Origin: Cenococcum geophilum
Taxonomy: Eukaryota
Reading direction: 5' to 3'
NCBI GenBank assembly: GCA_050273025.1
Contig: CP158635.1
Location: 8,990,001-9,054,000 of the forward strand
Length of the DNA: 64,000 bases
The notes beneath the pieces were generated by a model. The model was not told the DNA's origin. It was given only the letters and a program-made list of their open reading frames with translations, and made no database searches. A program made the position numbers and the translations under genes. Positions 1-12,797 of this stretch are shown piece by piece. Position 1 is the first letter of the stretch. Each line of letters begins with the position of its first letter.

Positions 1-1526
1 CAAATGCGGACGGCCGTTGCATGGATAAAGCAGAAGATGGTCTCTTGGTCACACGCTGGGAGTAGAGTGGAATCTGCATCTTGCTCCCTATATCTGAGCA
101 TCAGTGGCATCCTCCACAGCCCGCTACTAGGCCAAAAAGTGACCTGGCCCGATGAAAGCAAGAGGTGCTTGTCAAACTAGGACTGGCTGGCCCGCTGCCG
201 CGGACATGGTAGTATCTCTGGGTAGCTGATCCTTGTTGCAGAGAAGCGTAGTGTCATGCTAGGCCCGAGTGATGACGGCGTTATGAGAGTGTTATGTTGG
301 CGCATCGCATGTGTCACAGGATAGCAAGTACGGAAACTGGTACGAGTACTGGTGCAGGATAGGCGGGCCAGTGGCTGGACACTGCGAGTCTAGGAGAGTC
401 TAAGGGAGGGAAGGGGGATGGCTGGAGGAAAGAGAGTCCACTCTGGGCCTTGGGATGGGGCGTAGCGGGCTGGTTTGGACAAATACCAGTGGGGATGGGC
501 TTGAGGAGAAGGGGAGATGGGTTGCGGCGCGATGTACCGATGTTCAGGGACCAGCCAATCGCCGGCCTGCTACCAGTGCAATGGTTTGGGTTTGGGCTGA
601 GCTGGGGTTGAGAATAAGGTTTGAGGTATGTGCGAGGGGATGTGCTTTTTTTTCTTTGCTGGCCGCTTGAGCACGACCGGCCGCGTGAGCTGCACGAGAG
701 TATCTATACGGCCAAAAAAGCACTGCGAGAAAAGGTGCCCGGTGCCAGGTGCTGCCAGGTGCCCACCGCTGCCTGCTGCCTGCTGTCCGCCCGCTACCCA
801 CATCCTGAACAGGCTCCTGCAAGCGGCCCTCCCCCCTGCCCCCCCGCTTCCTCCAAGCGCCACCTGGCCGCGGTCGAACCGGGTCAGCGCTGCACTCTGC
901 GTTCTTCCTGCACTGTCTGCTTGCTTGCTTCCTACTTTCTTTTGTAGGCGGTCAGCCGGTTCACACGTCAGGCCCAAATTGGCGTCCTGCAGGGCGCCAT
1001 CGCGAACGTTGATTCTCCGCCTGCACGCCCACCTTTGCGGATCTCCTCCCATGGCCGCACCGCAACGAGAAATGTCCGATCGACCCATCGTCTGCCAGAG
1101 TCTGCGTGCAACTCGCCCCGTCGTCACAGCTGCTGCCGTCCGGCTACTGCCATCCCTTCACCCTTTTCCTCTCCATACCGTGGCGTGCATTCCGCTCCTC
1201 AACCGCTACTTCTGACGTTTCAATGGGGAAGCCTGCATCGATCTGGCTTGCATGGGCCAAACGCCCTGGCCAACCTCGCATGCCACAAAATCGCCCGTGG
1301 CAGGCCGATCTGCTGCAAGAATCACCGCGAAACCCGGTTCTGCTCGGCGGCTGCATGCAGCCTCATCTCATGGTCCGTCTTGGGCGCTCTTCGCTAAAGC
1401 ACATGTCCCACTAAAGGCCGTTCCATGGCCCTTGCCTCAAAGCCCCAGAATCTTCTTTGGGATGCGGGTATACCGGAAGTGGTTGACCTCGCTGGAGAGG
1501 CGGCTGCATGGCTTAAAGATTTGGAC

Positions 1527-1773
1527 TATGCGTTAATCCTTTAATGCTTGGCACAAAAAGTTCCCGTTTTTCCGCCAAAATAACGCTGACAATTTTAAAT
1601 GCAGTACTTTATAGCTTATTAAGCTTTATATTTTACATTATATGATTATTAAAGGAAAGCATATGGTTATAAAGTGATTGAGCTATAAAGCCATTGTAAA
1701 GTGCTACGTTCAACCCCGTTTTTGCGGGAAAAAGGGAATTTTTTGCGCCAAGCATTAAAAGGATTGACGCACA
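1527..1773. mobile_element. MITE-like element with ~55-bp imperfect terminal inverted repeats
   Basis: Left TGCGTTAATCCTTTAATGCTTGGCACAAAAAGTTCCC is the near reverse complement of right GGGAATTTTTTGCGCCAAGCATTAAAAGGATTGACGCA; AT-rich non-coding interior within GC-richer flanks. Confidence 0.7.
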
Positions 1774-3901
1774 CGCCAAATTCCCCCATGGCCAAGGAGA
1801 CCGCCTTTTCCAAGGGATCAGCTCGTCAAAGTTGGTCCTGCATGCGGCACTGGCCAAGTCGTCTGCTGTATGCGACCGACCCGAAAGGGCTACAGAGACG
1901 TCGAGAGAATGCAGAGCCAGACCCTCCCCTGATTCACTATAATAGGTAGAAGCAAAATGGCTGTGGGGACATTGGTAGAGCGCGCCTAGTAATGCCAGAT
2001 CGAGTCTTTCATCTCTCTGCTCGTTTCTCTGCTGTTTCTATTGGTTCTTCTCCATTCTTTTACTTCATAACGTGGCTTTCGCATTTTTAGATCTACCTCT
2101 ACAAACCCTCTTTTCATTGACTCATAGCCTTGTGCGTCCTGCTTGATTTCAATGGCTCTCTTGATTGATTACTCGCGTTAGCTTATTCGAACAAGATTTA
2201 TCGTGACTGTCCTTATCCACATTTGCTTGCTCTCGCTACGCTATGAAGATTGGCGGAGCTAGAGGCGAAAACCATATCTCCGAAAGTATATTTAAGGAAC
2301 ATTAGTCGCAGTGCCTTATGGCATGCGTGGAGAGATAAAGGCGCACTTCTTAGCACTTCTTCGCCTCAAGCTAGACAGATCTCGAGACGCCCAAAAGCCA
2401 ACCATCTTGGGTCGCAACACAAGATCTGGGTCAACTCAGCAAGTTGGCTCCACTGATGCAAGATCGGTCATACCAAAGTTGTTTGTGGTGGCGCCCGCGG
2501 CGCTCATTTTCAAAAATTTCTGTGCGTCATGCCCAAGCTCTTGATCTTCTGCGAAGTCAATGTAAAAGTTTTTGAAAGACAACAGAAAGTTTTCTCAACC
2601 CGCCACCGATTGACAGACGTGGCTGTCGAGCAAAGGAGCGTAAATTGAAGGCAGTGCACCTTGTAGCGTTGAGAAGTTGACAACAAGAACAAAATACAAC
2701 AGCCTACAGGGGGGTTATCAACGCAGTGGCGAATGCCTATCATGCTGACGGGCTAGCGCAAAGATCTGGCTCGAAAAGCGGTCAGCCTCTCAAGTTTTCG
2801 GATGAGGCCTCAATAGTATTACAGCCGCGGATGCGTTGGAGATCTCTGGAAGCTAGGAGGGACTCGATAATAGTCTCAGTGCACCCGCAGGTCATTCTGC
2901 AGGATGTCAAGATTATAAAGGAATAGCCTCCCGTTACCATACCATACCAAACCCTTGCAACGTCTCATACCGCACGCTGTTCCATCACTTCGGTATTTAC
3001 CGACGATCAACTGTAAGGCCGGAGTGATACACCTACTGATGCTGTGGCTGTCGTTTTCCGTCATTCTCCCATGACATGTAGCGCACTGCGTCTCTTACCA
3101 CATCACTAAGAAGCCAGTCTAGACCTTCTGGACTTTCGTCAATACATTTGCAGGGAAAATTACCACTCTCAAAATTTCGCCGACTCTTTCTTGCAGAATT
3201 GTTGGTCCCTGGCCATATTTCTGTTCAATTTCACACTATTCTTCTAAGAGAGCCAAAAGTTCTGCAACACGAATGACGGCTTATGCAGATATGAGTGCAT
3301 CCTCGCCATCAATAAATCCGTACCGAAACAGTCGAATCTGATACTTGTTCGACATGTGGCGAATAAGACACTGATGTGTGATTGTGAGAGCACAGAACAG
3401 TAGCAAATGCTACCCTCCCAGGAAAATATATTTCTGCGTCTTTCATTCTGATTGTATGAGCGCCTACACATTCCAAGTAAGCCGATCTTAATATTTGAAG
3501 CGGTCTCACTACTTCTATCACTCATGATCAAAATCATACCTCAACAGATTTACTGACGCTTAGTGTCAAAAATCAAGATCAAGAATGAGAACTCTGTCTG
3601 ATTGAGAGTGACTCTTGAGCCTCTATATATACAGTCAAGATCAGCTGCCAAGACACCCCTGATCTATACCCAATGTAGGAAGGCTAAACTTACATAGGTT
3701 AGTCACGATCATCTGACGCTTAGACGGTTCGGGTACGCTTTTCCACAGCAACCTTCCGGTTTTCTGCACGGCTGCATTGCGTGGATACGTTGCTTTAGAG
3801 CCCAATCGGTTCATCTTTGCGCATTGTGGCTGAGAACTAACGTGTTCTATCAGTCATCCGGTAATATCAGTCATCCGGTAGCCCCGAAACCCACCAAAAA
3901 T

Positions 3902-4210
3902 TAGAAAAACTGCACCTTGATATCTCGACAATGGCTTAATAATAAATTCCAAAATTTTATAATTAACCTTTTATACCTATTTTAAACCTCTTATTAGATT
4001 TAAAAAAATTATATATTAAGTAGCTCTAAAAATATCGCAATATCGCAATTTAGCTTAAAATTGGGGGCCGAAACCCAAAATCTCAATATTGGCCAGACTT
4101 ATTACACTAGAACTTTATTAAAAGTCTTAATGTGGGCACGAAAGGCTAATTATAAAATTTCGGAATTTATTATTAAGCCATTGTCGAGATATCAAGGTGC
4201 AGTTTTTCTA
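3902..4210. mobile_element. MITE/foldback element with ~85-bp inverted repeats
   Basis: TAGAAAAACTGCACCTTGATATCTCGACAATGGCTTAATAATAAATTCC (3902-) matches the reverse complement of the sequence ending ...GTGCAGTTTTTCTA (4210); inner arm differences are mostly C>T/G>A; AT-rich core. Confidence 0.8.
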
Positions 4211-4300
4211 GACTTTACTGACTCAATCTTCGCTACCTGATCATTGTCCCATCAGCTAAGTTACCGATAAAGCTATCAATTAAAACCAGTCTAGAAGCCT

Positions 4301-4926
4301 TCACCAGAGGGCCAGCTGTAAATAGTTGGTATCGATCCTTGACACGTCAGTAGGAGAGGGCTAGTAAAACCTAAGGCAGTATACCATTGATCAAACTTGT
4401 AACCAACTTTTTTCAAATGTCCCACTAGCTCAAATCCAAATTTCTGATAATATTGCTTGAGGTCCAATGCGTTGTCCCTACCTGCCTCGTCCACGGAAAT
4501 GCAGGCGATTACGATTCTAACCCTTAAGTCGTCGGATCCCGGATTCACGATATATTCTGGATGGGTGCCTGGTTCCTTCAAAACTTCCAATATCTTCTTT
4601 AGCAAAAGTGTTCCAACGCCCTGCCCTCTCCATTCAGGATGGCAGAACAAACTGAGCTCGACCGTGTGCTTATAACCACCCTTGAAGCCACGGAACCCAG
4701 TCACGTAAGCATAGCCGATGGCACTGTTTGCGCTGGCATCGACCGCAACAATATATGGCAGGCCTTGTGATGTGATAGACTTATACTTTGAGAGGAGTTC
4801 GTCATCGGTCGACGGGACAATGGCAAGTGTGATTAGAGTATTGAGAACGTAGTATGAATGTATGGCCTTGATCACGGGAATGTCGCTTTGCGTGGCAGAT
4901 CTGAGTGTGACTAGTGGATTCGCCAT
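4301..4926 (-). CDS. GNAT N-acetyltransferase (phosphinothricin acetyltransferase/YncA-like)
   Basis: ORF with GYAY, YKHTVELSLFCHPEWRGQGVGTLLL (acetyl-CoA motif A) and GFELVGHLKKVGYKFDQW; a GT-AG intron at 4384-4338 gives the family-typical ending W-IDTNYLQLALW*. Confidence 0.88.
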
Positions 4927-5229
4927 GGGCACGGGACGGTGGTTTTACAAGGTGAAATTATGAATCGACACAAGAGGCAAAACGTTGGGGAATTCCGTGC
5001 TTTTGCCTTCCAAATCAACGATAAAGGGTGATTTGTGATTTCGCAAGGTTGATTCATACCTCGATAGCGCTATCGCCACGGGCTATTTGCACGATCGGCT
5101 GTTGGTGTTTTGCGTCGGCTAGACCTACTGCCGGCCGAAGGCGGTGTCAATTCTCAGCCGAGACGGCGTGGATTACGCTGCCTTCCACGTTAAAACCTCA
5201 TTCCCTTATTCTACATCCATCCGCACAAC

Positions 5230-7094
5230 ATGCGCCACGCCCAAATATTCTCCGGCTCTTCGCATCCTTCCTTAGTCGAAGGTATCTGTGACAGACTCGG
5301 TCAGAAGATCGGGAAGGCTGAGCTCAAAAAGTTCAGCAATGGTGAGACAAGTGTGCAAATTCGTCAGTCCACCACAGCACTCAATTGTTGCCACACTTGG
5401 AGCTTACAGTGAGTAGAGTCGTCTATTCGAGATCAACATGTCTTCATTGTGCAGAGTGGTAGCGGCAAGTATGCAAACACCGTCTGTCTCATTTGCCCAC
5501 TCGCTGACGACTCACAGAATTAACGACAATGTTATGGAGCTGCTCATTATGATATCGGCATGCAAAGGCGGCTCCGCAAAGTCAGTCACAGGTCAGAATT
5601 GCTGCTCCATACTAGTCAACCGCTGCGCTGAACTTCTACAGCTGTGATGCCATACTTTCCCTACTCTCGCCAATCCAAAAAGAAGTCGCACAGAGGTGCA
5701 ATCACCGCCCGTATGATTGCCAACCTGCTCCATGTTGCGGGAGTGAATCATGTCATCACCATTGACCTCCATGCAAGTCAAATGCAGGGTTTTTTCAAGT
5801 GTCCAGTGGATAACCTCGTTGCGGAACCGCTCATCGCCCGTTGGATACGGATGAACGTTCCCAATTGGCGAGAAGCGGTCGTTGTGAGCAAGAACCCTGG
5901 GGGAACAAAACGTGTCACATCACTCGCAGATGCTCTCAAGCTTAGCTTTGGTATTGTTACAACGGATCGGCGGAGGTTTCGCACATCAGGTTTACACTCG
6001 ATGAATGCGAGCGTCATCTATGAGAGGTTAGCCATGGATGGAACATACGATACTGCTGGTCTAGTTGAACCAGACCTAGATGCTGCCGTGGCAATCACTC
6101 CTCTGGAGCCGCCTGTGAGCGAGCCTCCGGTTAGCAATCCTCCTACAGAAGTTAGCAATCCTCCTACAGAATCTAGCAAGTCACGCCCTAGGACTAGAGC
6201 AAGCTCAAAAGCAAGTTCAAACCCGTACGCAAGACGCCTGGTGAACAGTGTTCCAGAAACTCCATCAAGTCCACTTGCCAGATCTATACGCATCGGCCCT
6301 ATCTCGGATTTACCTCCGACGATGAGTGCACAAACCGATAAACCCAGTACGACCGCAAATAGTGAGCTCGGCGAAACTGGAGAAGGGGATGGAGATGAGT
6401 ACACTGACGAGGTCTGTCGATTTTCCCCCGAATGTTTTGCAGGGACTAATTAAACCAGCGTGCAAGGGACGTTATCCATGGCCGTTTAGTCCACGGTCAT
6501 ATAGTTGACGAAGATCACCCTTCCCCGGCATTTTCCGCCATATCAGGTTCAACTAACCACCGCAATCGCCCACCATCTGACGACGAACCCATCCCGGAAA
6601 ACATGCTGGCTTCGTTCATATCCACCGCCTCGTCCTTACACCATAACCGTGATACGGAGCACGCTCTTGGTGGGTCCGTCGACGCAGCTGCCTCTTCCGA
6701 GGAAGAGGAGGAGGACCTCAAGAATCCTGAACTCGAAGCCACAGTGACGCTAGTTGGAAATGTCAAGGACCGGCCCGTGTTCATCATGGACGATATGATT
6801 GACAAACCAGGCTCATGGATCGCTGCAGCAGAGACAGTGGTCAAACGTGGTGGTGCTACGAAAGTGTACTGCATGGCTACTCATGGCTTGTTCGGCGGAG
6901 AATGTCTAGAAGAAATGGAGGAGTGTCAGTGCATTGATCGAATAGTTGTCACGAACGCATTCCCAATCCCCCCCGAAAAGGCTGCCCAGACACGAAAGCT
7001 CATTGTGCTGGACGTAGCAAATCTGCTCGCTGAAGCAATTAGAAGGAACCATCACGGAGAGAGCATCAGCCAATTGTTTATGCATTACGATTGA
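5230..7094 (+). CDS. PRS1: Ribose-phosphate pyrophosphokinase (Prs1-type with long non-homologous insertion)
   Basis: Multi-exon: IFSGSSHP, KKFSNGET, NDNVMELLIMISACK, MPYFPYSRQSKKKSHRGAITARMIANLL, DLHASQMQGFF, MDDMIDK, ATHGLF, LAEAIRRNHHGESIS; Ser/Pro-rich insertion in the middle as in yeast Prs1. Confidence 0.93.
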
Positions 7095-8170
7095 TGGGGT
7101 ATGAGATAAGAGGGACGAAATGGTGAGTCTGATCTGATGTCTTATTTATGTCATGGGGCTTGTTCCGCGTTGTAAAACCCATAAGCGCGCGCTTCGGCAT
7201 TGCGCTTGTCTTTATTCCTCACTGGTGCAGATCAATTCTGCCTTAACGACGGTTACGTCTTATAGAATCAGCTTGCCTCTAGGCATGGATGGAGGCAGCA
7301 ATTATGGATTAGTTTGTATAACATTTACGAGTAAGTTTAGACGATGAAATCCCTGAAATCTCCAATTTCACTTCTATGTCTCCAAAATATTCTACGGAAG
7401 CTCCTCTCTTTGAATATGATGGTAGCATATGCTATCCTCTACGGGTGGTGGATAACCTAATGCCCAAATTATACCCAGCGATGTAGGACCTTGGGTCCTG
7501 CAGGAGTGGCGCTCCTTCTAGAGCGTCTTTCCTAACGGAGCGTTGGTAGATCGAACCCGCTTTGTCATTCCCCTCTGGAGGATGAGATGGTGAAATCGGG
7601 AATAGAAGGCATGGCTCTCGCTGCAGGGCAACCTGTGTGGGAGTTGTGCAAGAGAACCTCTCGAACATTTCTTTTAATTCTTTCAGTTTGGTTGAATTAG
7701 TAGTAATAAAAGCCCGAGGGAGAAATTCTTTCTTAACACCGAACCAGTCTTGTTCCATCAACTTCATCTCCACGTGCTCTAACTGTCTCGCTCGGCGATG
7801 GCAAATTTGGGAATGAAAATGGACCTAGTGGGGAATAAGCTTTGTATGGCCCACGGGGTCGAACATGCCAGAGAACCGCTATGTCCCTACTTCGTTCTAT
7901 GTAAGACGAGCAAAAGGGGCGTTGATTATAAAATATATACTGGAATAGTTCCATAGCAGTTCATACAACCTAAAATAATGCAGCCCTGAGGTGACTTAAG
8001 TGTACTTAGTTGACCTTCTGATAGTATGCAGATACCCACCATAGTCATACGGCATTGTTAAGCAAACTCTCGCAGCGATCTGACATAAAGCTAAACAAAT
8101 ATACAAGCAAACTATACCAGCAGACCTAAAAGCTTTCCCAGAGAGCATGACTTACCGTAAAAGTATAATG

Positions 8171-8273
8171 TAGGTGATGGGGTTGTGACGGCGATAGAGT
8201 TATGACGGTTTAGAACCTTAAAACTAGCGCATAGAAAAAATTTGGGTGCAAACCGTCATAACCCTATTACCTA
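8171..8273. repeat. Small inverted-repeat (mini-MITE-like) element
   Basis: TAGGTGATGGGGTTGTGACGG (8171) vs CCGTCATAACCCTATTACCTA (ends 8273); mismatches are G/A transitions; a second copy of the left arm (GATAGAGTTATGACGGTTT) lies inside; TA at both ends. Confidence 0.55.
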
Positions 8274-8505
8274 ATTTAGTAAATCAGAGCGCACAATTCT
8301 ATAAATCCCAAACCCTTCCCCAGCACTAAACACCACCTCAGTACAAAAGAAAGCAGTTAAGCCTCGCATATACGATCAAGCAAGCCTCACACAACCTTCT
8401 AAGCAAACCTCGAGCACACAGCTAAACACGCTACACAACCCCGTGATGAACTCGCGTCACACCTATACCTACATCCAACCCACCCACCAACAACCCAACC
8501 ACCAA

Positions 8506-8916
8506 ATGCCCCGCCCCTGGCGCCGCGAGCACCATTGGGTCTCCAACCTCCACCCGGACCCCGAAGACGACCCCCCATCCGAAGACGACACGTTAACCCG
8601 GCTCCAACGCCACGCGCGGCACGCCCCATCCCGCTTGCACATCCTCGACGCCATCCGCGCCGCCTTCCCCACCTTCCCCTACCCGGTCTCGCGCCCGCGC
8701 CCCGCTGGCCGCTGCCCCGGCGCCGCGCTGAGGCTTTCGGCGGCTGAGATGCGGGACCCGCGCGCGTATCGGCGGCGGCTGAGGCGGGAGCTGCTGCGGG
8801 CGCCGACGCAGACGGTGGAGCGCGCGGAGTGGTTGTTCTGCGAGCGGGGGATGGGGTGGAGGGAGGCGGTTAGGGGGGCGTTGGAGGAGGGGGAGAGGGT
8901 GGGGTGGGGACGGTGA
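8506..8916 (+). CDS. Hypothetical 136-aa protein (ERGxxWREA motif)
   Basis: Very GC-rich ORF with GC-biased third positions, preceded by a C/A-rich 5' UTR; no family recognised. Confidence 0.6.
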   Translation: MPRPWRREHHWVSNLHPDPEDDPPSEDDTLTRLQRHARHAPSRLHILDAIRAAFPTFPYPVSRPRPAGRCPGAALRLSAAEMRDPRAYRRRLRRELLRAPTQTVERAEWLFCERGMGWREAVRGALEEGERVGWGR

Positions 8917-9431
8917 GATTTTAATGACGGATGGGTCGGCGCATGGGGCGGGTGCGTCCTAGAGCTGTTGCATTTTAGTCCGGGGAGTTGCGACGGGTAT
9001 ATTGTTTTTATTGTTGTCACTGTTGCTATCGTGGTTATTGTTGATGGGCTTGAGCTGCGCTACTTCCATGTATACTGGTTCTTCTTTCCTGTAGTTGGGA
9101 TTGATTTGATTGAAGGGTGTTTAAGAGAATGGAGGACGTTCTTTCTTTGCTTGGAGGGAAGGTTAGGGCGCAGGAATATTTCGGTTCGCCGTCTGTAGTT
9201 CTTCTAAAACATATCGGTCAAACTGAAGCTCGCTCTATTCATTTTGTGAATTACTTCTGATATCAACACCTACTTCAAGGACGCCTTTACTTTCGTTAAA
9301 CCTCGGCGTCGATATCCTTACCAATAATGGATTCGGCGGGGCGCCTGGTGATTGGTATGACAAGGAACTCAACGGTGATTTGATTTAGATCTGACTCTGG
9401 CATAGACATCACTCCAGAGTTAGCCTGACAT

Positions 9432-10166
9432 ATGAATAAGGTAATAGACCGCATAGACCGGTTACCCCTCAGATTCGGGTCATATCAGCAAATGCAACGA
9501 GCTCAAACTGGAGGAAACTGCCAGAATACGGTACAAGCCTCACCCGCAGCCAACGCCTCAACCGTAGCCAATGCTCAGCGCGTATCCTACGATCAACACG
9601 CAGTCAACGACGCAAACTCACAAGGCACGAAAGCGGCAGAAAATGACCATAACCCTGAACCAATTCTAGAAGAGTACTGCAGACGAATCTTTGACGATAG
9701 TGGCGTCGCAATGGGGTGCATTTTGGTCAAGCCGACCCGTATGAGTAAGTGGCTTCACGAGTTATTCTGTTTGACGAGATATTGCAAGTGATGTGGGGGT
9801 GACTTTAGAAGTAGATGCTGATGGGATGCTAGGTCTGAAGAAGGAAATGAAATGACTAAGACGTCGTATTATATAGCGCCTTTCGTCAATCCTCGAAAGC
9901 ACCGAGAAGACACGGTCTATCGTTTCAAGTGCTGGGTGTCAGCGAAATACCACCATATGGCACTCCAACTGATTCGAGAGCGGGGATGGTATTGGAGAGA
10001 TGCGTGGGAGCATGCCGTTCGGATGTATTATAAAGAGCATCCGGAATTGCCGAGATGGGAACCGGAGAGGATAGGCACTAGCTACATGTATTGGAGGATG
10101 GAGGGATTATTGGGAGTGTGGGCAGTGGGTCTGAAGTCGGGTCGAGAGGTAGTGTTACCAAGATAA
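9432..10166 (+). CDS. Hypothetical protein, probable divergent paralog of the 8506 ORF
   Basis: ORFs 9432-9791 and 9852-10166 join in frame through a 45-nt GT...GCTGAT...TAG intron (9788-9832); C-terminal LIRERGWYWRDA resembles LFCERGMGWREA of the upstream ORF. Confidence 0.5.
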
Positions 10167-10385
10167 GTACTATACCTTAGGTTGGGTAGGGGGACGGGTG
10201 TGCTGGGCAACATGCTTGGTGGGCGCGCTTCGGGTGTGGTGTCTTGGCAGACCAGGCGTCCCGAGAATCCCCACCACAATCGGCCGGCGATGGAAACAAC
10301 GCTGCACTCTTTCACCATCTTATTCCCGGCCCAGCACAGCATCCAAGCGTTTCACATCCATGCAAAAAAGGCATAGCAGAAAGCC

Positions 10386-12797
10386 ATGGAGGCGGAGACG
10401 ACGCCTGTCCATCTAAAACCCGCAGCCCTGCAACGCGATCACTCGAGCGATGACGTGGGGCCGTCGCGCAAGAAGCAGAAACGCAACAAGCCCACCCTGA
10501 GCTGCGAGGAATGTGTCGAGCGCAAAACCAAGGTGAATGCTCAATCTCGCAGCATGGCGCCAATCACCCCCAACCACACGCTGACGGCAATGCCAGTGCG
10601 ATCGAGACAGGCCACAATGTCTTGCATGCATCAAGCGCCAGTCCGAGTGTCGATACTCCCAGGTCGCGAATCTCATTGCTTCGGCTGAGTAAGTGGCCAG
10701 ACTTTCTTTTTGATATTCGACCGCCGCCATTCCAAGCTTTCTCTCTGGCTGCTAGGGAGACGTACTACCTGCTGAACCGTATCCACAGTCGAAGCGCCAC
10801 GCGCCAAACTTCGACCAAGTCGCGGAAGCAATCAAAGCCTCCCCTTAGCGACGACCAAAATGTTACTATTCCACCCCAGGTGATTGCTATTCCCTCCTCT
10901 TCTATATCCTGAATATCCATGCTCCGCTTCTGTATTACGCACCTACTGTTTAATCCTGCATTTTTACATCCTTAGATCTCTTCTGTTCTTTCTGTGAATG
11001 TCTTCAATAGCTAGTCTCCCTAACCCTTACTCCAACCCAACCCAACCCAACCCATCCATAAACCTGCTTGATTAATTTTTTCCCATTTTCCTATCAAATT
11101 ACCCCTAATAGATCATCTTACCAATCACATCATGCCTTCTTCTTCAGCCTCCACACCCTTGCGAATCACTACTGATGTCCACCCAGATGCCAACCCCGGG
11201 GCCGCAATGTCGGAGTGTATCCTCATCTCCATTCTTACTCTCCAACATCCCTTACTCCAACCATGCGCCATCGCTCTTCTTTGGACTCGGCTCAGGCCAT
11301 CCTTTCGCAAACTACTGGACCAATCGGGGAGGACTTCCTGAAGTCATCGGAGTCTTGCCTAGCAGGGATCAAGCAGATATCCTTGTTGCAAAATACTTCG
11401 ATGCCGTGGATCCAGTCTATCCCATGATCCACCGAAGAAACTTCTATGCTGATTATGAGAGGTTTTGGTCTCTACCTCTCTCAGAAAAGCAAGTCGCCGA
11501 TCCTGTCCTTCTAGCTCTTCATTTCGTTGTTTATGCTATGGGAACCCAGTTTACCCAAATGCCGTCCGAACAAGAGCGAGCTCAGATGGCAGGGTTCTAC
11601 GCCTCGGCATCACACCAAGCCCTCCGCCTCTCATCCTATCTGAGCCGGACCTCATTGCGAACGATTCAGGCCATGGTGCTGGTGTGCTACTTTCTCATGA
11701 ACGACAACCATGCATCCGACGCCTGGGCTTTTGGAGGAGTCCTCATGCGTCAAGCGTATGCTATGGGTCTGAATCGTGATCCGGATATTATTAGTCAACG
11801 TTGCTCTCGGAGTGACAAGCAGCAACGACGAAAGGTTTGGCAGGCTGTATTATTTCAAGACACATTCCTCACTGTACTGCTTAAGCTTCCTCCAACCGGA
11901 ATATTCTCAGATGTCCGCGTCGATTCTCTCACTGACGATCTTGATGAAAATATAATGAATGGGAATCCATCAAACGGAGCACAGGATCCCGTAATAAATC
12001 CAATGAGTATCAGCAACATCGCGCCCATGTCGGATCCGCATCCTCCGCATGAAATTTCAGATCGACAATACATTCGATCCATGTGGCATCTCGCAAATCT
12101 CGTTCAGAAAACCGTTTGTACTCCGAGATCGCTCAGCAATCCCCTCACCAACTCAATGCCAAATAAAGCCAATCTCATTTCTTCCTACAACGAGTTATTC
12201 AAAAGCTTTCCAGCAAATATGACAGTGTCTGATCATCAAGCCATTGCTGGACTTTCTAGCACTAATCCTCGTCTTCTGCGGCAGAATCTCTTTTTCCGAA
12301 GCAACTATTGGCATTGCGTCATGATCATTCAAGCTGATGTAAACGAAGCTAGGGGAGTCACCTGTGATGTCAGAGGTGCCCTTGAAGCAGCGAGGATGGC
12401 ACTCGCTTCTTTCCTTGACTTTTGGGAGTTCCTCCGTGTGGATGCAAGTGTGTGGTGGGTGTTTCAACATCGGGCTTTTGAGGAAGCGGTGCGTTTAACC
12501 TATTCTATTCTACAAGTGATCGAGAACATATCTTGCAATTTTTGGAATATATCTATCGATTCCAGCACTGACATGCTCCGATAGCTCCTCATGGCCCGCA
12601 TCCTCTCGGTACAGGATCAACCTCTTTCAACCGCGGACTTATCTCAATCGCCAGCTTCGGAACCTCTCTCTATGCTCGCTAGGGCGGACGTAAGGCGGAC
12701 GCTGGAAATCCTCGAACTTGTTGGCAGCAGTGCGCCTGAGATGCAGAAGACGCGCACCGATGTCCTCCGTTCCGCTTTCGAAGAGATCCCGTGGTGA
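10386..12797 (+). CDS. Zn2Cys6 transcription factor with fungal-specific TF (middle homology) domain
   Basis: RNKPTLSCEECVERKTK|CDRDRPQCLACIKRQSECRY across intron 1; LPSRDQADILVAKYFDAVDPVYPMIH, AYAMGLNRDP, QQRRKVW in the long exon; last intron about 12489-12584. Confidence 0.93.

Noticed and set aside
455..1536. Cluster of overlapping 70-195 aa ORFs
   Set aside because: No recognisable motifs or coherent exon structure; expected by chance in GC-rich, probably regulatory sequence.
7432..7954. Two overlapping minus-strand ORFs downstream of PRS1
   Set aside because: No recognisable domain or convincing splice path; a degraded gene cannot be excluded but is unsupported.
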